Assembly (NCBI GenBank): GCA_963666355.2
Contig: CAXXCP010000002.1
Location: 18,101-82,100, forward strand
Direction: 5' to 3'
Length of the DNA: 64,000 nt
DNA from: an uncultured Methanoregula sp.
GTDB lineage: Archaea > Halobacteriota > Methanomicrobia > Methanomicrobiales > Methanospirillaceae
Under the pieces are notes generated by a model, which was not told the origin of the DNA, made no database searches, and was given only the letters and a program-made list of their open reading frames with translations. Positions 9,708-20,226 of the stretch are shown here, piece after piece. The translations under genes were made by a program, and so were the position numbers. Each line of letters begins with the position of its first letter. The stretch's first letter is position 1.

Positions 9708-11335
9708 GATCCTGCACTCCTCTTCTCGATTCCCTCTCTCCTCTCCGAGATAAACGTGTGGCCGAAGGGGGAGTTCTTTGCATTCCATGCCCGTGGCAGG
9801 ATATCTTTGCGCACGTGAGCACCCCGTGACTCCGGACGAATCAATGCACTCCGGCAGATGAGTGATGCCGTCAGGCACATGTTCTCCACCATGCAGCACT
9901 CCGCAAGGTTCCGCGGGGTCTCCGCCCGGAGGGATACTTTGGAGAGGTGGGTAATGGTCCGGAGTGTCTTTTCGAGCCCAGATGCAGTCCTGAAGATTCC
10001 GGCGCCTTCCCACATCGCCTGCTGGAGTTCCTTCCTGACCGTTGCCGGGTTCGTGTTGCCTGAGAGAAACGCATCGAGCCTCTCCTGCCGGGACTTCACC
10101 TGCTTCTCATCGATTCGTTTGGCCCGGGATCCTGATTTACCGGCAAACTCTCCGGCACGTTTCCCAAAGACCTGGGTCTCTGCAAGGGCGTTCCCGCCGA
10201 GACGGTTAGCGCCGTGCACCCCGCCGGACACTTCGCCGCACGCAAAGAGCCCCGGAAGTGTTGTCCGGCACTCCGGGGTGATCCTGAGACCTCCCATGAT
10301 ATGGTGGGCGGTGGGAGCAACCTCCATCGGGGTTGTCCTGATATCGACGCCGAATTTCAGGAACTGTTCGAGCATCACGGGAAGACGGGCCTCGATCTGT
10401 TCCCGGGGGAGGTGGGTGACATCGAGGAAAACTCCCCCGTGCTCAGTACTTCGGCCTTCCAGGATTTCTGTCGCGATCGCGCGTGCAACGACATCCCGAG
10501 TGGAAAGTTCCATCCGTTCGGGATCGTACTTCTTCATGAAGCGTTCGCCAAGACTATTGAGCAGGAACCCCCCTTCACCGCGTACGGCTTCAGTCACAAG
10601 CCTGCCCCGTGCATCATACGGGAACACTGCTCCCGTGGGGTGGAACTGGATCATCTCCATATCGATGAGCTCGGCTCCCGCCCGGTACCCGAGGGCAAAC
10701 CCGTCACCGGTCCCGCTCGACGAGTTGGTAGAGATATCGTAGACCTTTGTCGTACCTCCGGTCGCGAGGATCGTGCTGTCGGCCCGGATCAGGACGAGGT
10801 TCCCTTTCTCATCGAGTGCCATTGCGCCGATGACCGCATCGCTGTCTTTCAGGAGATCGATAACGGTGAACTCCTGCATGACGCTCGTGTCCGTGGAATC
10901 GAGGCGCTCCACGAGCGTTGTCATCATCTCGTGGCCGGTCCGATCCCCTGCGTAACAGGTCCTTGGGAACCGCTGGCCTCCGAACGGGCGCTGCGCAACC
11001 TCATCGTTCTCGGTAAAATCAAAGACCGCGCCCCAGCAGAGGAGATCCCGCATGCGACGGGGAGATTCGTTGACAAGGATTTTCACCAGCTGCGGATCGT
11101 TGAGGTACGCCCCGCCTTTGAGGGTATCATCCTCATGAATGCTGCAGGAGTCCTGTTCCCGGAGCACGGCGTTGTAGCCACCTTCGGCCATCGGGGTGCA
11201 CCCTCCTTTGCCCGCTATGGTTTTTGTAACGAGCACCGTGTCGCCAGAGCACGATGCCTCGATGGCGGCCCTTACACCGGCACCGCCGCTCCCGATCACC
11301 AGCGTATGGCAATCCACCGTCTCATCTGCAAGCAT
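9704..11335 (-). CDS. tfrA: Thiol:fumarate reductase subunit A (flavoprotein)
   Basis: GSGGAG, QFHPTG, TEAVRGEGG, HGANRLGGNAL. Confidence 0.92.
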   Translation of the reverse strand: MLADETVDCHTLVIGSGGAGVRAAIEASCSGDTVLVTKTIAGKGGCTPMAEGGYNAVLREQDSCSIHEDDTLKGGAYLNDPQLVKILVNESPRRMRDLLCWGAVFDFTENDEVAQRPFGGQRFPRTCYAGDRTGHEMMTTLVERLDSTDTSVMQEFTVIDLLKDSDAVIGAMALDEKGNLVLIRADSTILATGGTTKVYDISTNSSSGTGDGFALGYRAGAELIDMEMIQFHPTGAVFPYDARGRLVTEAVRGEGGFLLNSLGERFMKKYDPERMELSTRDVVARAIATEILEGRSTEHGGVFLDVTHLPREQIEARLPVMLEQFLKFGVDIRTTPMEVAPTAHHIMGGLRITPECRTTLPGLFACGEVSGGVHGANRLGGNALAETQVFGKRAGEFAGKSGSRAKRIDEKQVKSRQERLDAFLSGNTNPATVRKELQQAMWEGAGIFRTASGLEKTLRTITHLSKVSLRAETPRNLAECCMVENMCLTASLICRSALIRPESRGAHVRKDILPRAWNAKNSPFGHTFISERREGIEKRSAGS

Positions 11336-11402
11336 CTTATTATTTTGTGGATCGTATAGTTACATAAAGAGTGACAAATGGCATTGCCAGAGTGAGAACG
11401 AT

Positions 11403-12800
11403 ATGAGATTTTTAATGAAATTTGGCGGGACTTCAGTCGCCGATGCACAGTGTATACGGCGGGTCGTGGATATTCTCGAAGAGCATCACCGGGCCGGTGA
11501 CGAAGTTGCAGTCGTCGTGTCCGCACAGCGTGGCGTGACTGACCAGCTTATCGAGGTTGCATCTGCGCTTCCGACTGCAAAGGACGACAGCGCAATTATT
11601 CCGATGATCCAGAGCCTGAGTAAGCGCCACATGACCACGCTCGAAGGGGCTGCTCCTGATTATATTGCCGAGATCGGTGCGATCATTGATGAACAGTTGA
11701 TAAGCCTCCAGAACATCCTCTTTGCGGTCTACAACCTGCGGGAACTCACTCCCCGCTCGAAGGACTACGTGATCTCCTTTGGCGAGCGCCTCCTCGCGCC
11801 GATTGTCGGGGCAGCGCTACGGCAGCGGGGAATCCCGTCAACCGTTCTCGACGGATGTGAGGCAGGGATCATCACCACGCCCCAGCACGGGGAGTCGACC
11901 GCCCTGCACGAGAGCGACAGCCGGATTAAGAGCCGGATCGGTCCGCTTCTCGGGAAAGAGATCCCGGTCATCATGGGATTCATGGGGTGCACAAAAGACG
12001 GCATCCTGACCACTCTCGGCCGGAGCGGATCGGACTATTCAGCATCGATTCTCGGGGCAGGCATCGATGCGGGCGAGATCTGGATCTGGACCGATGTTGA
12101 CGGGATTATGACCTGCGACCCCCGGGTCATCAGCGATGCACGCGTTATGCACTCCCTCTCGTACCTTGAGGTCATGGAGCTCTCGTATTTCGGTGCAAAG
12201 GTCATGCACCCGCGTTCCATTGAGCCCGCGATGCGGAAGAACATCCTCGTCCGGGTCAAGAACACCTTCAACCCCACGCACCCCGGCACGGTTATCGTCC
12301 GGAACGGGCAGCGGGATCACCGGGTGGTCAAGGCCCTGACCTACATTGACAAGGTCGCGGCGATCAACATCAACGGCGCCCAGATGATAGGGAGGCCCGG
12401 CGTGGCAAAAGCGATCTTCACGATCCTTGCCGATCACGAAGTGAACGTGATGATGATCTCGCAGGGCTCCTCCGAGGCAAATATCTCGCTCATTGTTGAC
12501 GAAGGCCACCTCGGTCCTGCGGTCGACGCTCTCAGCGATCTCATGAAACGCGGTGTCGTGCGGGAAGTCTCGCATGACCACAGGGTCTGCGCGGTTGCCG
12601 TTGTCGGGGCCGGTATGGCAGGAGCCCCAGGAACCGGCGGAAGAATATTTACGGCTCTTGGGAAGGCAGGGGTCAATGTCCGGATGATCTCGCAGGGCTC
12701 GTCCGAAGCGAATATCTCGTTTGTCGTAAGCCAGGATGACGGCCCGCGTGCAGTGAGGATCCTGCACGACGAGTTCCGGCTCTCGGAGGAGTGTGAATGA
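11403..12800 (+). CDS. lysC: Aspartate kinase
   Basis: MKFGGTSV, TTLGRSGSDYSA, WTDVDG, two ACT domains. Confidence 0.95.
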   Translation: MRFLMKFGGTSVADAQCIRRVVDILEEHHRAGDEVAVVVSAQRGVTDQLIEVASALPTAKDDSAIIPMIQSLSKRHMTTLEGAAPDYIAEIGAIIDEQLISLQNILFAVYNLRELTPRSKDYVISFGERLLAPIVGAALRQRGIPSTVLDGCEAGIITTPQHGESTALHESDSRIKSRIGPLLGKEIPVIMGFMGCTKDGILTTLGRSGSDYSASILGAGIDAGEIWIWTDVDGIMTCDPRVISDARVMHSLSYLEVMELSYFGAKVMHPRSIEPAMRKNILVRVKNTFNPTHPGTVIVRNGQRDHRVVKALTYIDKVAAININGAQMIGRPGVAKAIFTILADHEVNVMMISQGSSEANISLIVDEGHLGPAVDALSDLMKRGVVREVSHDHRVCAVAVVGAGMAGAPGTGGRIFTALGKAGVNVRMISQGSSEANISFVVSQDDGPRAVRILHDEFRLSEECE

Positions 12801-13798
12801 GTAAACCCGCGAACAGTGCCTATGCTGCGGCCGGAGTGGACATCGATCTTGAAGCGACAGCGATCAAATCCTTGATCAAAAACCTGAGTTTCCGAAGAAA
12901 GGGCCCGTGCAAAATGATGGGGGCAGTCGGTCACTTCGCAGGCCTCATCGACTTTGGGGAACTCGTCCTTGCGCTCACCACAGACGGGGTCGGCACCAAG
13001 ATGCTCATCGCCGATCAGCAGAAGGACTGGTCCACGGTCGGTATCGACTGCATCGCCATGAACGTAAACGATCTCTACGTCATGAACATGGAGCCGATCG
13101 CGTTTGTGGATTACATTGCAACCGACAAGCTCTCCATTGAGAAGATGGCACAGATCGGGATTGGACTCAACGAGGGAGCAAAACAGTCCAATATCGATAT
13201 TGTGGGTGGGGAGACCGCCTCGCTCCGGGGACTCGTCAACGGCCTTGATCTCGCCGGGGCGTGCCTCGGTATGCAGAAGAAAGACAAGATAATCACCGGT
13301 GAGAAGATCCGGCCCGGTAATAAAATTGTTGGTATCCCCTCCACCGGAGTTCACAGCAACGGGCTCTCGCTTGCCCGCAGTGTAGTGGAGAAATATGCCG
13401 GGTACGACAAGAAGTTCAAGGGGAGGAGAACGTTCGGCCAGGAGCTCCTTACGCCCACCCGCATCTACAGCGAGGTCTTAAAAGTCACAGCGAAGTGCAC
13501 CGTGCACGGGATGTGCCACGTCACGGGAGGTGGTCTCCTGAACTTCAACCGGCTGAGTAAATACGGTTTCGTCTTCGACAACCCCATCGAGCCCCCGGAG
13601 ATCTTCGGCTGGATGCAGAAGGCCGGAGACATCTCGGACGAGGAGATGTACCGGACCTTCAACATGGGTATGGGGTACGCGTACGTGGTGCCGGAGAAGA
13701 GCGTAGCGTGCATCACGAAGATGATTAAGGGTGCACAGGTTGTCGGCAGTGTCGTGAAGGAGCCGGGGGCGTTCCTGGGCGAGCTTGAGATAACGTAA
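12797..13798 (+). CDS. purM: Phosphoribosylformylglycinamidine cyclo-ligase
   Basis: YAAAGVDI, TDGVGTK, GGETA, HSNG, HVTGGG, RTFNMG. Confidence 0.96.
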   Translation: MSKPANSAYAAAGVDIDLEATAIKSLIKNLSFRRKGPCKMMGAVGHFAGLIDFGELVLALTTDGVGTKMLIADQQKDWSTVGIDCIAMNVNDLYVMNMEPIAFVDYIATDKLSIEKMAQIGIGLNEGAKQSNIDIVGGETASLRGLVNGLDLAGACLGMQKKDKIITGEKIRPGNKIVGIPSTGVHSNGLSLARSVVEKYAGYDKKFKGRRTFGQELLTPTRIYSEVLKVTAKCTVHGMCHVTGGGLLNFNRLSKYGFVFDNPIEPPEIFGWMQKAGDISDEEMYRTFNMGMGYAYVVPEKSVACITKMIKGAQVVGSVVKEPGAFLGELEIT

Positions 13799-13932
13799 GG
13801 TTTGGGTTTTCTCCCCTCTTTTTGTTTTTAGTCGCTCCCCGGTGTCGCATCTTCCGTCTAAAACGATCCCCGGAAAAAAAGTCGCTGCAGATCGACCGGG
13901 CTTTAAAAAAATCAGATAAAGGTGAGGCAAAC

Positions 13933-14454
13933 TCACTCTTCCGGCGTATACGCACACTTATCAGCCTTATCGGACTCGATCCCGCTGTTCCCGGACGGAT
14001 CTTCAAGGATCAGCGTGACCGGGAATGCTCCACACCGGATTCGGGCGAGATCCGCGAGGAGCTTTGTTGCGTTCTCTTTCTCCTCGTCCGTTCCCCACTG
14101 GAAGGCTCCCATGACCACCTGTTCGATCCGGTCAAGGACTCCCTCAACATTCGAAACAAATCCCTGGCACTGCGGCCCGGGACTGATATGGACGCCGATC
14201 TCAGGGATCTCGATGCTGGCGCTCATGCTCCGGACGATCCGGATATTCAGGTCTTCAACGGTCGTGATCGCAACGGTATGCCGTGCCGGCTCGCCATGCT
14301 TTAGCATCTGGGTATCGATAAATCTGTACCCGCAGGAGGGACAGGTGGCAGAAATGATAAGAATATCAGAAAAATAAGGAATATTTTCTGTTTTGTAAAT
14401 ATATTCTATTTCTGTATTGCAGCTCGGACACGGTCCCGGGACGACAGTTTCCAA
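13933..14454 (-). CDS. ZPR1 zinc finger domain protein
   Basis: CPSC...IPYF...CPSCGY, SNVEGVL, EDPSGNS; start codon approximate. Confidence 0.9.
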   Translation of the reverse strand: METVVPGPCPSCNTEIEYIYKTENIPYFSDILIISATCPSCGYRFIDTQMLKHGEPARHTVAITTVEDLNIRIVRSMSASIEIPEIGVHISPGPQCQGFVSNVEGVLDRIEQVVMGAFQWGTDEEKENATKLLADLARIRCGAFPVTLILEDPSGNSGIESDKADKCAYTPEE

Positions 14455-14456
14455 AT

Positions 14457-14825
14457 CTATGCCCCGCCAATCCGGTCGCGCGAGATCTTCACGGACATGG
14501 GGGTAAGGACGACATAGCGCTGGTCGCCAAGCCCGATAATGTCACCGTTGACATCCTTTGCAACTTCCTTGAGATCCTTGAGAACACGCTCGTACGAGAT
14601 CTTGTCCATCTTGAGCCGGGAGATATCAACGATAACGATGTTGCCGGAGTAGACCTCGTCCTTGACCCGGGGGGTGTCCTTGAGGTCGGTTATCGTCGCA
14701 ATCTTGACGAGCAGGGCGGGAGAACCGGCGCTGTGCTCCTCGTAAGAAGCGAGATCGAGTTCCATGTAATCTTCGTCCGAGCTTCCGGAACTCTTTCCAA
14801 GAAGGGTGTCTATGATCTTAACCAT
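14457..14825 (-). CDS. sepF: Cell division protein SepF
   Basis: VYSGNIVIVDI, VNGDIIG, VLTP archaeal SepF pattern. Confidence 0.88.
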   Translation of the reverse strand: MVKIIDTLLGKSSGSSDEDYMELDLASYEEHSAGSPALLVKIATITDLKDTPRVKDEVYSGNIVIVDISRLKMDKISYERVLKDLKEVAKDVNGDIIGLGDQRYVVLTPMSVKISRDRIGGA

Positions 14826-14948
14826 AAAAAAACTGTATGACGAAAGTTATTTAATTGTATCTATTTGGCGGGTCATGTTTCGCGATTTTTCGCGGGAAAC
14901 CTGGCAAAATCGTCCGGTTCCCGCGTATGCGCTGCCCGGAAATCCCGG

Positions 14949-15446
14949 TCAGATTTCAAGGTTCCAGATCTCGTCACCGACGTGATGGAAATTCTTGCAC
15001 ATCTTCCCTGATGTGCTGGCAAGAATCCCCGGTCCGTCGTGCAGCGCGACGCCGATTGCAAGCGGCTTACCGTGACGCTCTTCAATTATCTGGACCGGGG
15101 AACCCGCTTTCACATCCGGTGTGACTGCAACGATACCCGGCCTCATGACATCTGCACCATTGACCACGTACGGGATTGCCCCGGCGTCAACGGTCACCCT
15201 TCGCTCAGGGAAGGGGATCTGCACAGCCCCCTTCATAGTCGGGAAGACCCAGGTACCGGAATCCATGAGCACCGGTTTTTTGTTGACAAGGAAAAGCGAG
15301 ACCTCGGCATTCGTCTCGATGACTTCAATCATATCTGCTGTGAAGAGTTTTGCGGACTCACCGATCTCAAGGGTGAGCCTCACTATCAGATCCTGCGCCT
15401 GGCTCTTCCGGATCGAATGACGTTTTTTGACAATTATTTTTTTCAT
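14949..15446 (-). CDS. PUA-domain RNA-binding protein (MCT-1-like)
   Basis: VDAGAIPYVVNGADVMRPGI, HHVGDEIW. Confidence 0.9.
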   Translation of the reverse strand: MKKIIVKKRHSIRKSQAQDLIVRLTLEIGESAKLFTADMIEVIETNAEVSLFLVNKKPVLMDSGTWVFPTMKGAVQIPFPERRVTVDAGAIPYVVNGADVMRPGIVAVTPDVKAGSPVQIIEERHGKPLAIGVALHDGPGILASTSGKMCKNFHHVGDEIWNLEI

Positions 15447-15677
15447 GCTTCCTGCACACTTATCTCCGCCCAAAGGAAATATGTGTTACCGAGATCGGGA
15501 GGCACCGATCAACGTGTGCAATCAGCCTGCCGCTCCATGCGGGAGCAGGACCAGCCCGATCTGGAGGAACTGGAGCTTTTGAGAAAAGTTATTGGCAGAT
15601 GGCGATCTACGGTATGTTTAAGTGATCCGCTCGCACACATATATTACTCCAGAGCGATGGTATAACAGGGTATTATT

Positions 15678-15908
15678 ATGACCAAACGGCCGTTGGATAT
15701 TTTGGATCTGGTGCTGAACCGTCAGCCCGTTATTGTGTCTCTCAAAGGCGGGAGAGAAATCCGGGGAATTCTCCAGGGATATGACGTACACATGAACCTC
15801 GTGCTTGACAAAGCAGAGGACGTGGAGAACGGCAAGGTCCAGAAGGTCGGGACACTCATCGTCCGTGGCGACAACGTGATCTATATATCACCCTCATTGG
15901 AACAATAA
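15678..15908 (+). CDS. Sm-like (LSm) protein
   Basis: [10 protein letters not shown] and IVRGDNV Sm1/Sm2 motifs. Confidence 0.95.
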   Translation: MTKRPLDILDLVLNRQPVIVSLKGGREIRGILQGYDVHMNLVLDKAEDVENGKVQKVGTLIVRGDNVIYISPSLEQ

Positions 15909-15920
15909 AGGTGAAGTAAC

Positions 15921-16103
15921 ATGTCAAAAGGCACTCCATCAATGGGTAAGAGGAACAAGTTCACTCACATCGCCTGCCGGCGCTGCGGGAAGATCTCGTT
16001 CCACGCCCAGAAGAAAGTCTGCTCAGCCTGTGGATTTGGCAGGAGCACGAAGATCTCCGACTACAAGTGGCACAGCAAGCGGCCGAAAGTTCCAACCCAC
16101 TAA
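15921..16103 (+). CDS. rpl37e: 50S ribosomal protein L37e
   Basis: [12 protein letters not shown]...CRRCG...CSACGFG. Confidence 0.97.
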   Translation: MSKGTPSMGKRNKFTHIACRRCGKISFHAQKKVCSACGFGRSTKISDYKWHSKRPKVPTH

Positions 16104-16112
16104 GAGTCTATC

Positions 16113-17534
16113 ATGTGCGGTATCGTTGGCATCGTGGATGCTGGCGGTGCATCCATCAAGCTCTATTATTCCCTGTACGCTCTCCAGCACCGCGGTCAGG
16201 AGAGCGCCGGGATATCTACTTTTGACGGTTCAAATCTCCACAAGTTCAAAGGTTCCGGCCTCGTTGCAGATGTTTTTTCCCCCCCGGTTCTCGCAGACCT
16301 GAAAGGTAACGCCGGGATCGGACATGTCCGGTATCCTACGACGGGGGCGAACCTCCCGGAGAATATCCAGCCCCTGAATTTTCAGTTCAAGGAGCATTTC
16401 ATCTCTGTGGCGCATAACGGGAACCTGGTCAACACCACCGAGCTCCGGTCCGGTTTTGAGCAGGCTGGCCAGATCTTCACCACCACGACCGATACCGAGA
16501 TCATCGCGAAGATCCTCATGGATGAGATCAGCACCTTCGGCTCTGTGGAAGATGCGGTAAAGGTCTGCATGCAGAAGATCCGGGGCTCCTATTCTGTTGT
16601 CATGATGATCGACGGAATCATCTATGCATTCCGTGACCCTCTCGGCATCAAGCCGTTCTGCATCGGCAAGACCGAGCAGGGTTACATGGTTGCCTCTGAA
16701 AGTGTGGCAATCGATGCCCTGAATGCGAAGTTCCTTCGGGACGTTTATCCCGGAGAGCTCATAAGGATCGATTCAGATGGCGTGAAGTGTTCCCGGATCG
16801 CCGTGCCGGGAAAACATGCGCACTGCATCTTTGAGTACATCTATTTTGCCCGGGCCGATTCGGTTATCGATGGTGTTCTCGTGTACGATGTCCGCCGGAA
16901 GATCGGGCAGGATCTGTTCAAAGAGGATCCGGTAAATGCAGATTCGGTCTGCTCCGTTCCGGATTCAGGTACTGCGTACGCAATAGGGTATGCCGAGGGT
17001 TCGAATATCCCGTTTGTCGAGTCCCTGATGAAAAACCGGTACATGGGACGGACCTTTATTATGCCCTCGCAGAAAGAGCGCGAGAAAGCGGTCAGGATCA
17101 AGCTCAATCCAATCCCCGCGCATCTCAAGGACAAATCGGTTGTTCTTGTCGATGACAGCATCGTGCGCGGCACTACATCAAAGCGGATCATTGAGTTGAT
17201 GCGGGAGGCAGGCGCCCGTGAGATCCACATGCGCATTGGCTCACCGGCAATCAAGGCACCCTGTTACCTTGGTGTCGACATGCCCACCCGGGAAGAATTG
17301 ATCGCGAGCAACCGGGAAGAAGACGAGGTCAGGCACAAGATCACCGCGACCACGCTCCATCACGTCTCGCTGGATTCCCTCGTGCAGGCCATCGGGATCG
17401 ATCGCGAAGACCTCTGCACCGGTTGCCTTACGGGATGCTACCCGCTCGCGATAGAAGGGGAGCAGGCAAAGATGCGCCAGGTCGATTTTGTTGACGCTAC
17501 GTACCAGGCAAAGCTTGGATCATTCGAGGCGTGA
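16113..17534 (+). CDS. purF: Amidophosphoribosyltransferase
   Basis: MCGIVG, QHRGQ, GHVRY, VLVDDSIVRGTT. Confidence 0.97.
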   Translation: MCGIVGIVDAGGASIKLYYSLYALQHRGQESAGISTFDGSNLHKFKGSGLVADVFSPPVLADLKGNAGIGHVRYPTTGANLPENIQPLNFQFKEHFISVAHNGNLVNTTELRSGFEQAGQIFTTTTDTEIIAKILMDEISTFGSVEDAVKVCMQKIRGSYSVVMMIDGIIYAFRDPLGIKPFCIGKTEQGYMVASESVAIDALNAKFLRDVYPGELIRIDSDGVKCSRIAVPGKHAHCIFEYIYFARADSVIDGVLVYDVRRKIGQDLFKEDPVNADSVCSVPDSGTAYAIGYAEGSNIPFVESLMKNRYMGRTFIMPSQKEREKAVRIKLNPIPAHLKDKSVVLVDDSIVRGTTSKRIIELMREAGAREIHMRIGSPAIKAPCYLGVDMPTREELIASNREEDEVRHKITATTLHHVSLDSLVQAIGIDREDLCTGCLTGCYPLAIEGEQAKMRQVDFVDATYQAKLGSFEA

Positions 17535-17559
17535 GTCCGGGGGACCGGACTCCCTTTTT
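17533..17559 (+). terminator. Hairpin plus T-tract after purF
   Basis: GAGTCCGG-GGGA-CCGGACTC followed by CCTTTTT, between convergent genes. Confidence 0.55.
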
Positions 17560-17578
17560 CCATAAAAAAAGGGAACGG

Positions 17579-18196
17579 CTATCTCCAGCCCCGGCCATAC
17601 TCCCCGGCACAGGGGATACAGACAAACTGCCCATCCTTCACCCGGGCCCGATGCTCGGCGACCATCTCGCAGCAGGAGGCACACTGCACCGAGAAGAATA
17701 CCCGTGCCTTCTCAGGAATGTCGGGCTCGATCTCTTTTACAACGAACAATTCGTCGACCGGCATCGAGAGTATCGTTTTGATGACAGCGGCCAGCCGTGC
17801 GTGAAATTCTCTCTGCTCTTCCCTTGTAGCCGAACCGTCCATCACCTTCGGGCGGAGTGCTGCAGCCTGCGGATCGATCCGTTCGACCACAGGTTCCGGC
17901 CGCTGGACAAGCCGGATAGCCCGGTTATACTTCCGGTCAATGAACGTATAGGCATGCTTGCCGAAGTCCCGGGGGAGCAGGTTGCCCTTGCCGACCGAAC
18001 AGCCGGCAACCACCTGGATCGCATCAACCCCGCAGGCATCGTTCTCAACAATGCAGACCAGTTCTTCATCATCGGACCTGCCGGCCCGAAGGGCATCCAT
18101 CGCGTAATGTGCTGCCCGGTAGCCGAGGGCAAGACCGGGGCAGGCATGACCGTGGAAGGCAACGGCTTCTTCATAGGTTTTTATTGGTTGTGTCAT
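17579..18196 (-). CDS. FmdE family protein with C-terminal zinc finger
   Basis: FHGHACPGLALG, ENDACGVDAIQ, GCSVGKGN, CASC...CIPC. Confidence 0.92.
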   Translation of the reverse strand: MTQPIKTYEEAVAFHGHACPGLALGYRAAHYAMDALRAGRSDDEELVCIVENDACGVDAIQVVAGCSVGKGNLLPRDFGKHAYTFIDRKYNRAIRLVQRPEPVVERIDPQAAALRPKVMDGSATREEQREFHARLAAVIKTILSMPVDELFVVKEIEPDIPEKARVFFSVQCASCCEMVAEHRARVKDGQFVCIPCAGEYGRGWR

Positions 18197-18334
18197 CGGG
18201 ATCACGTAATTGTATCACATTCGTTTTTCTGGATTAAATGTTTACAAAATCAAAAATTTGATCGGAAAATTCCCTGATGGGAATGGGGCATAGTGTCGAT
18301 GAGAGAGAGGATGTGCAACTGAGGGTATTCCGGC

Positions 18335-19147
18335 TCACATACTTGTCACCCGCCGTGATGAAACCAAATCTTCATGCGATTCTTCTGTCTGTTCAGACAG
18401 CGGCACAACAACGTGCCGCCCGCACAGGCGCTCGATCGTGACCGGTATCCCGTACACTGTTTCGATCATTGCCGGCGTGATGATCTCCTCCCCTCCGGCA
18501 CCATACACCCGGCCTTCTTTGACAAGAACGAATTTGTCGGCATAGTGCAGCGCAAGATTGAGGTCATGCATGGTCATGAGGGCCGTGAGGTGGTGGATAC
18601 GGACGATGGAACGGATGAACTGCATGATCCCGTGCTGGTTCTTCAGATCGAGGCTGCTGGTCGGTTCATCGAGCAGGAGTACGCGGGGCTCCTGTACGAG
18701 GGCCCGGGCAATGGCAACCTTCTGGAGTTCGCCCCCGCTCATCGCATCCACATGTCGCATGGCGAGGTCCGTCAGACCGAGCTGGTCGATAATTGACTGC
18801 ACCTTCAGGATATCGTCCTGTCGCACGTCCCAGCCGATCCAGGGACGTCGTCCGAGCAGGATGGCATCAAAAGCCGTGACACGTGAAGGTTCAATGTGCT
18901 GCGGGACATATGCCATCGATCGTGCAATGTCCCTTCGGGAGAGTGAGAGAACGTCCTGTTCATTGAGCATGACCGTTCCGGCCCGGGGCCGGAGCATTGC
19001 ATTAAGGCATCGCAGGAGGGTTGTTTTGCCAGCCCCGTTCGGCCCGAGAATGGCAACGATCTCACCGGGTGCGGCAGAGCAGCTGACGTTTTGCAGCACC
19101 GGGTGGCTGTTGTACCGGAACGAGAGGTTTTCAACGTTGAGTATCAT
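18335..19147 (-). CDS. Metal-chelate (Fe-siderophore/B12 type) ABC transporter ATPase
   Basis: GPNGAGKT, MSGGE, LLLDEPT, MHDLN. Confidence 0.93.
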   Translation of the reverse strand: MILNVENLSFRYNSHPVLQNVSCSAAPGEIVAILGPNGAGKTTLLRCLNAMLRPRAGTVMLNEQDVLSLSRRDIARSMAYVPQHIEPSRVTAFDAILLGRRPWIGWDVRQDDILKVQSIIDQLGLTDLAMRHVDAMSGGELQKVAIARALVQEPRVLLLDEPTSSLDLKNQHGIMQFIRSIVRIHHLTALMTMHDLNLALHYADKFVLVKEGRVYGAGGEEIITPAMIETVYGIPVTIERLCGRHVVVPLSEQTEESHEDLVSSRRVTSM

Positions 19148-20217
19148 GAGTGATTCCCCCGTATGAGCAGGTACAGGAAGAGTGGGGCACCAAGGAACGC
19201 AGTCAGGACACCGACCGGAAGGACCGCGGGAGCGATGATGATCCGGGCTACCGAATCGGCAGCAAGGAGGATGATCCCTCCGACAACGCAGGAGACCGGA
19301 AAGAGAAACCGCTGGTCATCGCCGATAATGCGTCGTACCATGTGGGGGCTGACCAGGCCTATGAACCCGATGATGCCGAGGAATGAGACGGCCACTGCAG
19401 CGATCAGGGAGGAAAGAAACATCGCAACGGTCCGCACCCGTTCGACATGGATACCGAGGCTCTGTGCCGTCTCATCACCGCTGTCAAGGGCATTGTAGTC
19501 CCAGCGCCTGAGCATGAAATACAGGATACACGGCACGACCACCATGGCGATGATGGCGAGATCGTTCCATGTTGCCCGCCCGATGTCCCCGAAGGTCCAG
19601 AAGACGATGGCCGCGATCTGCTCGGCGCTGGAGAAATACTGGAGGAAGGTTGTTCCGGCAGTAAACAGCGCGGCAAGTGCTACCCCGACAAGGATCATGA
19701 CTTCCGGGGATGTGGTCCGGTATTTTGCAACCAGGAGGATGACAACGGTTGCGGCTAGCGATGCGAGGAATGCGCAAACGGTCACGAGCCAGGGATTATT
19801 GACCACGATTGCGTCGGACAACATGCGCCCGAGCGTACCGGCCCCGAGACTCGTGATGGCAAATGCCGCCCCGAACGCTGCTGCCTGTGAAATGCCAAGG
19901 GTGTACGGGGACGAGAGCGGATTTCTCAGCACTGACTGCATCACGACACCCGCCGCTGCAAGGCCGGCCCCGCAGATGATGGCAGAGAGCACACGCGGGA
20001 GCCGAATATTCCAGACGATCATCTCAGCGTTGCCGGTCGAGTGGTACAGGAGTGTCTGCCAGACCTCGCCAACCGGAAGCATGACGCTGCCGACTCCTAT
20101 CGAGACGAAAGCAAGCAGCACAAGGACAACGATGCAGCCGGCAAGGAACATAAGTTTCCTCCGCAGGTATGCTGTATAGGTGAAAGGTTCGGTTACATCG
20201 CTGATGTCAAGATGCAT
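19144..20217 (-). CDS. FecCD/BtuC family ABC permease
   Basis: IRLPRV, LRNPL, IGFIGLVSPH, LPVG motifs. Confidence 0.93.
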   Translation of the reverse strand: MHLDISDVTEPFTYTAYLRRKLMFLAGCIVVLVLLAFVSIGVGSVMLPVGEVWQTLLYHSTGNAEMIVWNIRLPRVLSAIICGAGLAAAGVVMQSVLRNPLSSPYTLGISQAAAFGAAFAITSLGAGTLGRMLSDAIVVNNPWLVTVCAFLASLAATVVILLVAKYRTTSPEVMILVGVALAALFTAGTTFLQYFSSAEQIAAIVFWTFGDIGRATWNDLAIIAMVVVPCILYFMLRRWDYNALDSGDETAQSLGIHVERVRTVAMFLSSLIAAVAVSFLGIIGFIGLVSPHMVRRIIGDDQRFLFPVSCVVGGIILLAADSVARIIIAPAVLPVGVLTAFLGAPLFLYLLIRGNHS

Positions 20218-20226
20218 GAATTCCCC

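Noticed and set aside
9708-10013. N-terminal extension of the 590-aa tfrB ORF
   Set aside because: Overlaps tfrA out of frame; the real start is the ATG at 9707 overlapping the tfrA stop
8208-11359. Long + strand ORFs (370, 303, 294, 381 aa)
   Set aside because: Antisense shadows of tfrAB in GC-rich DNA, with no recognisable motifs
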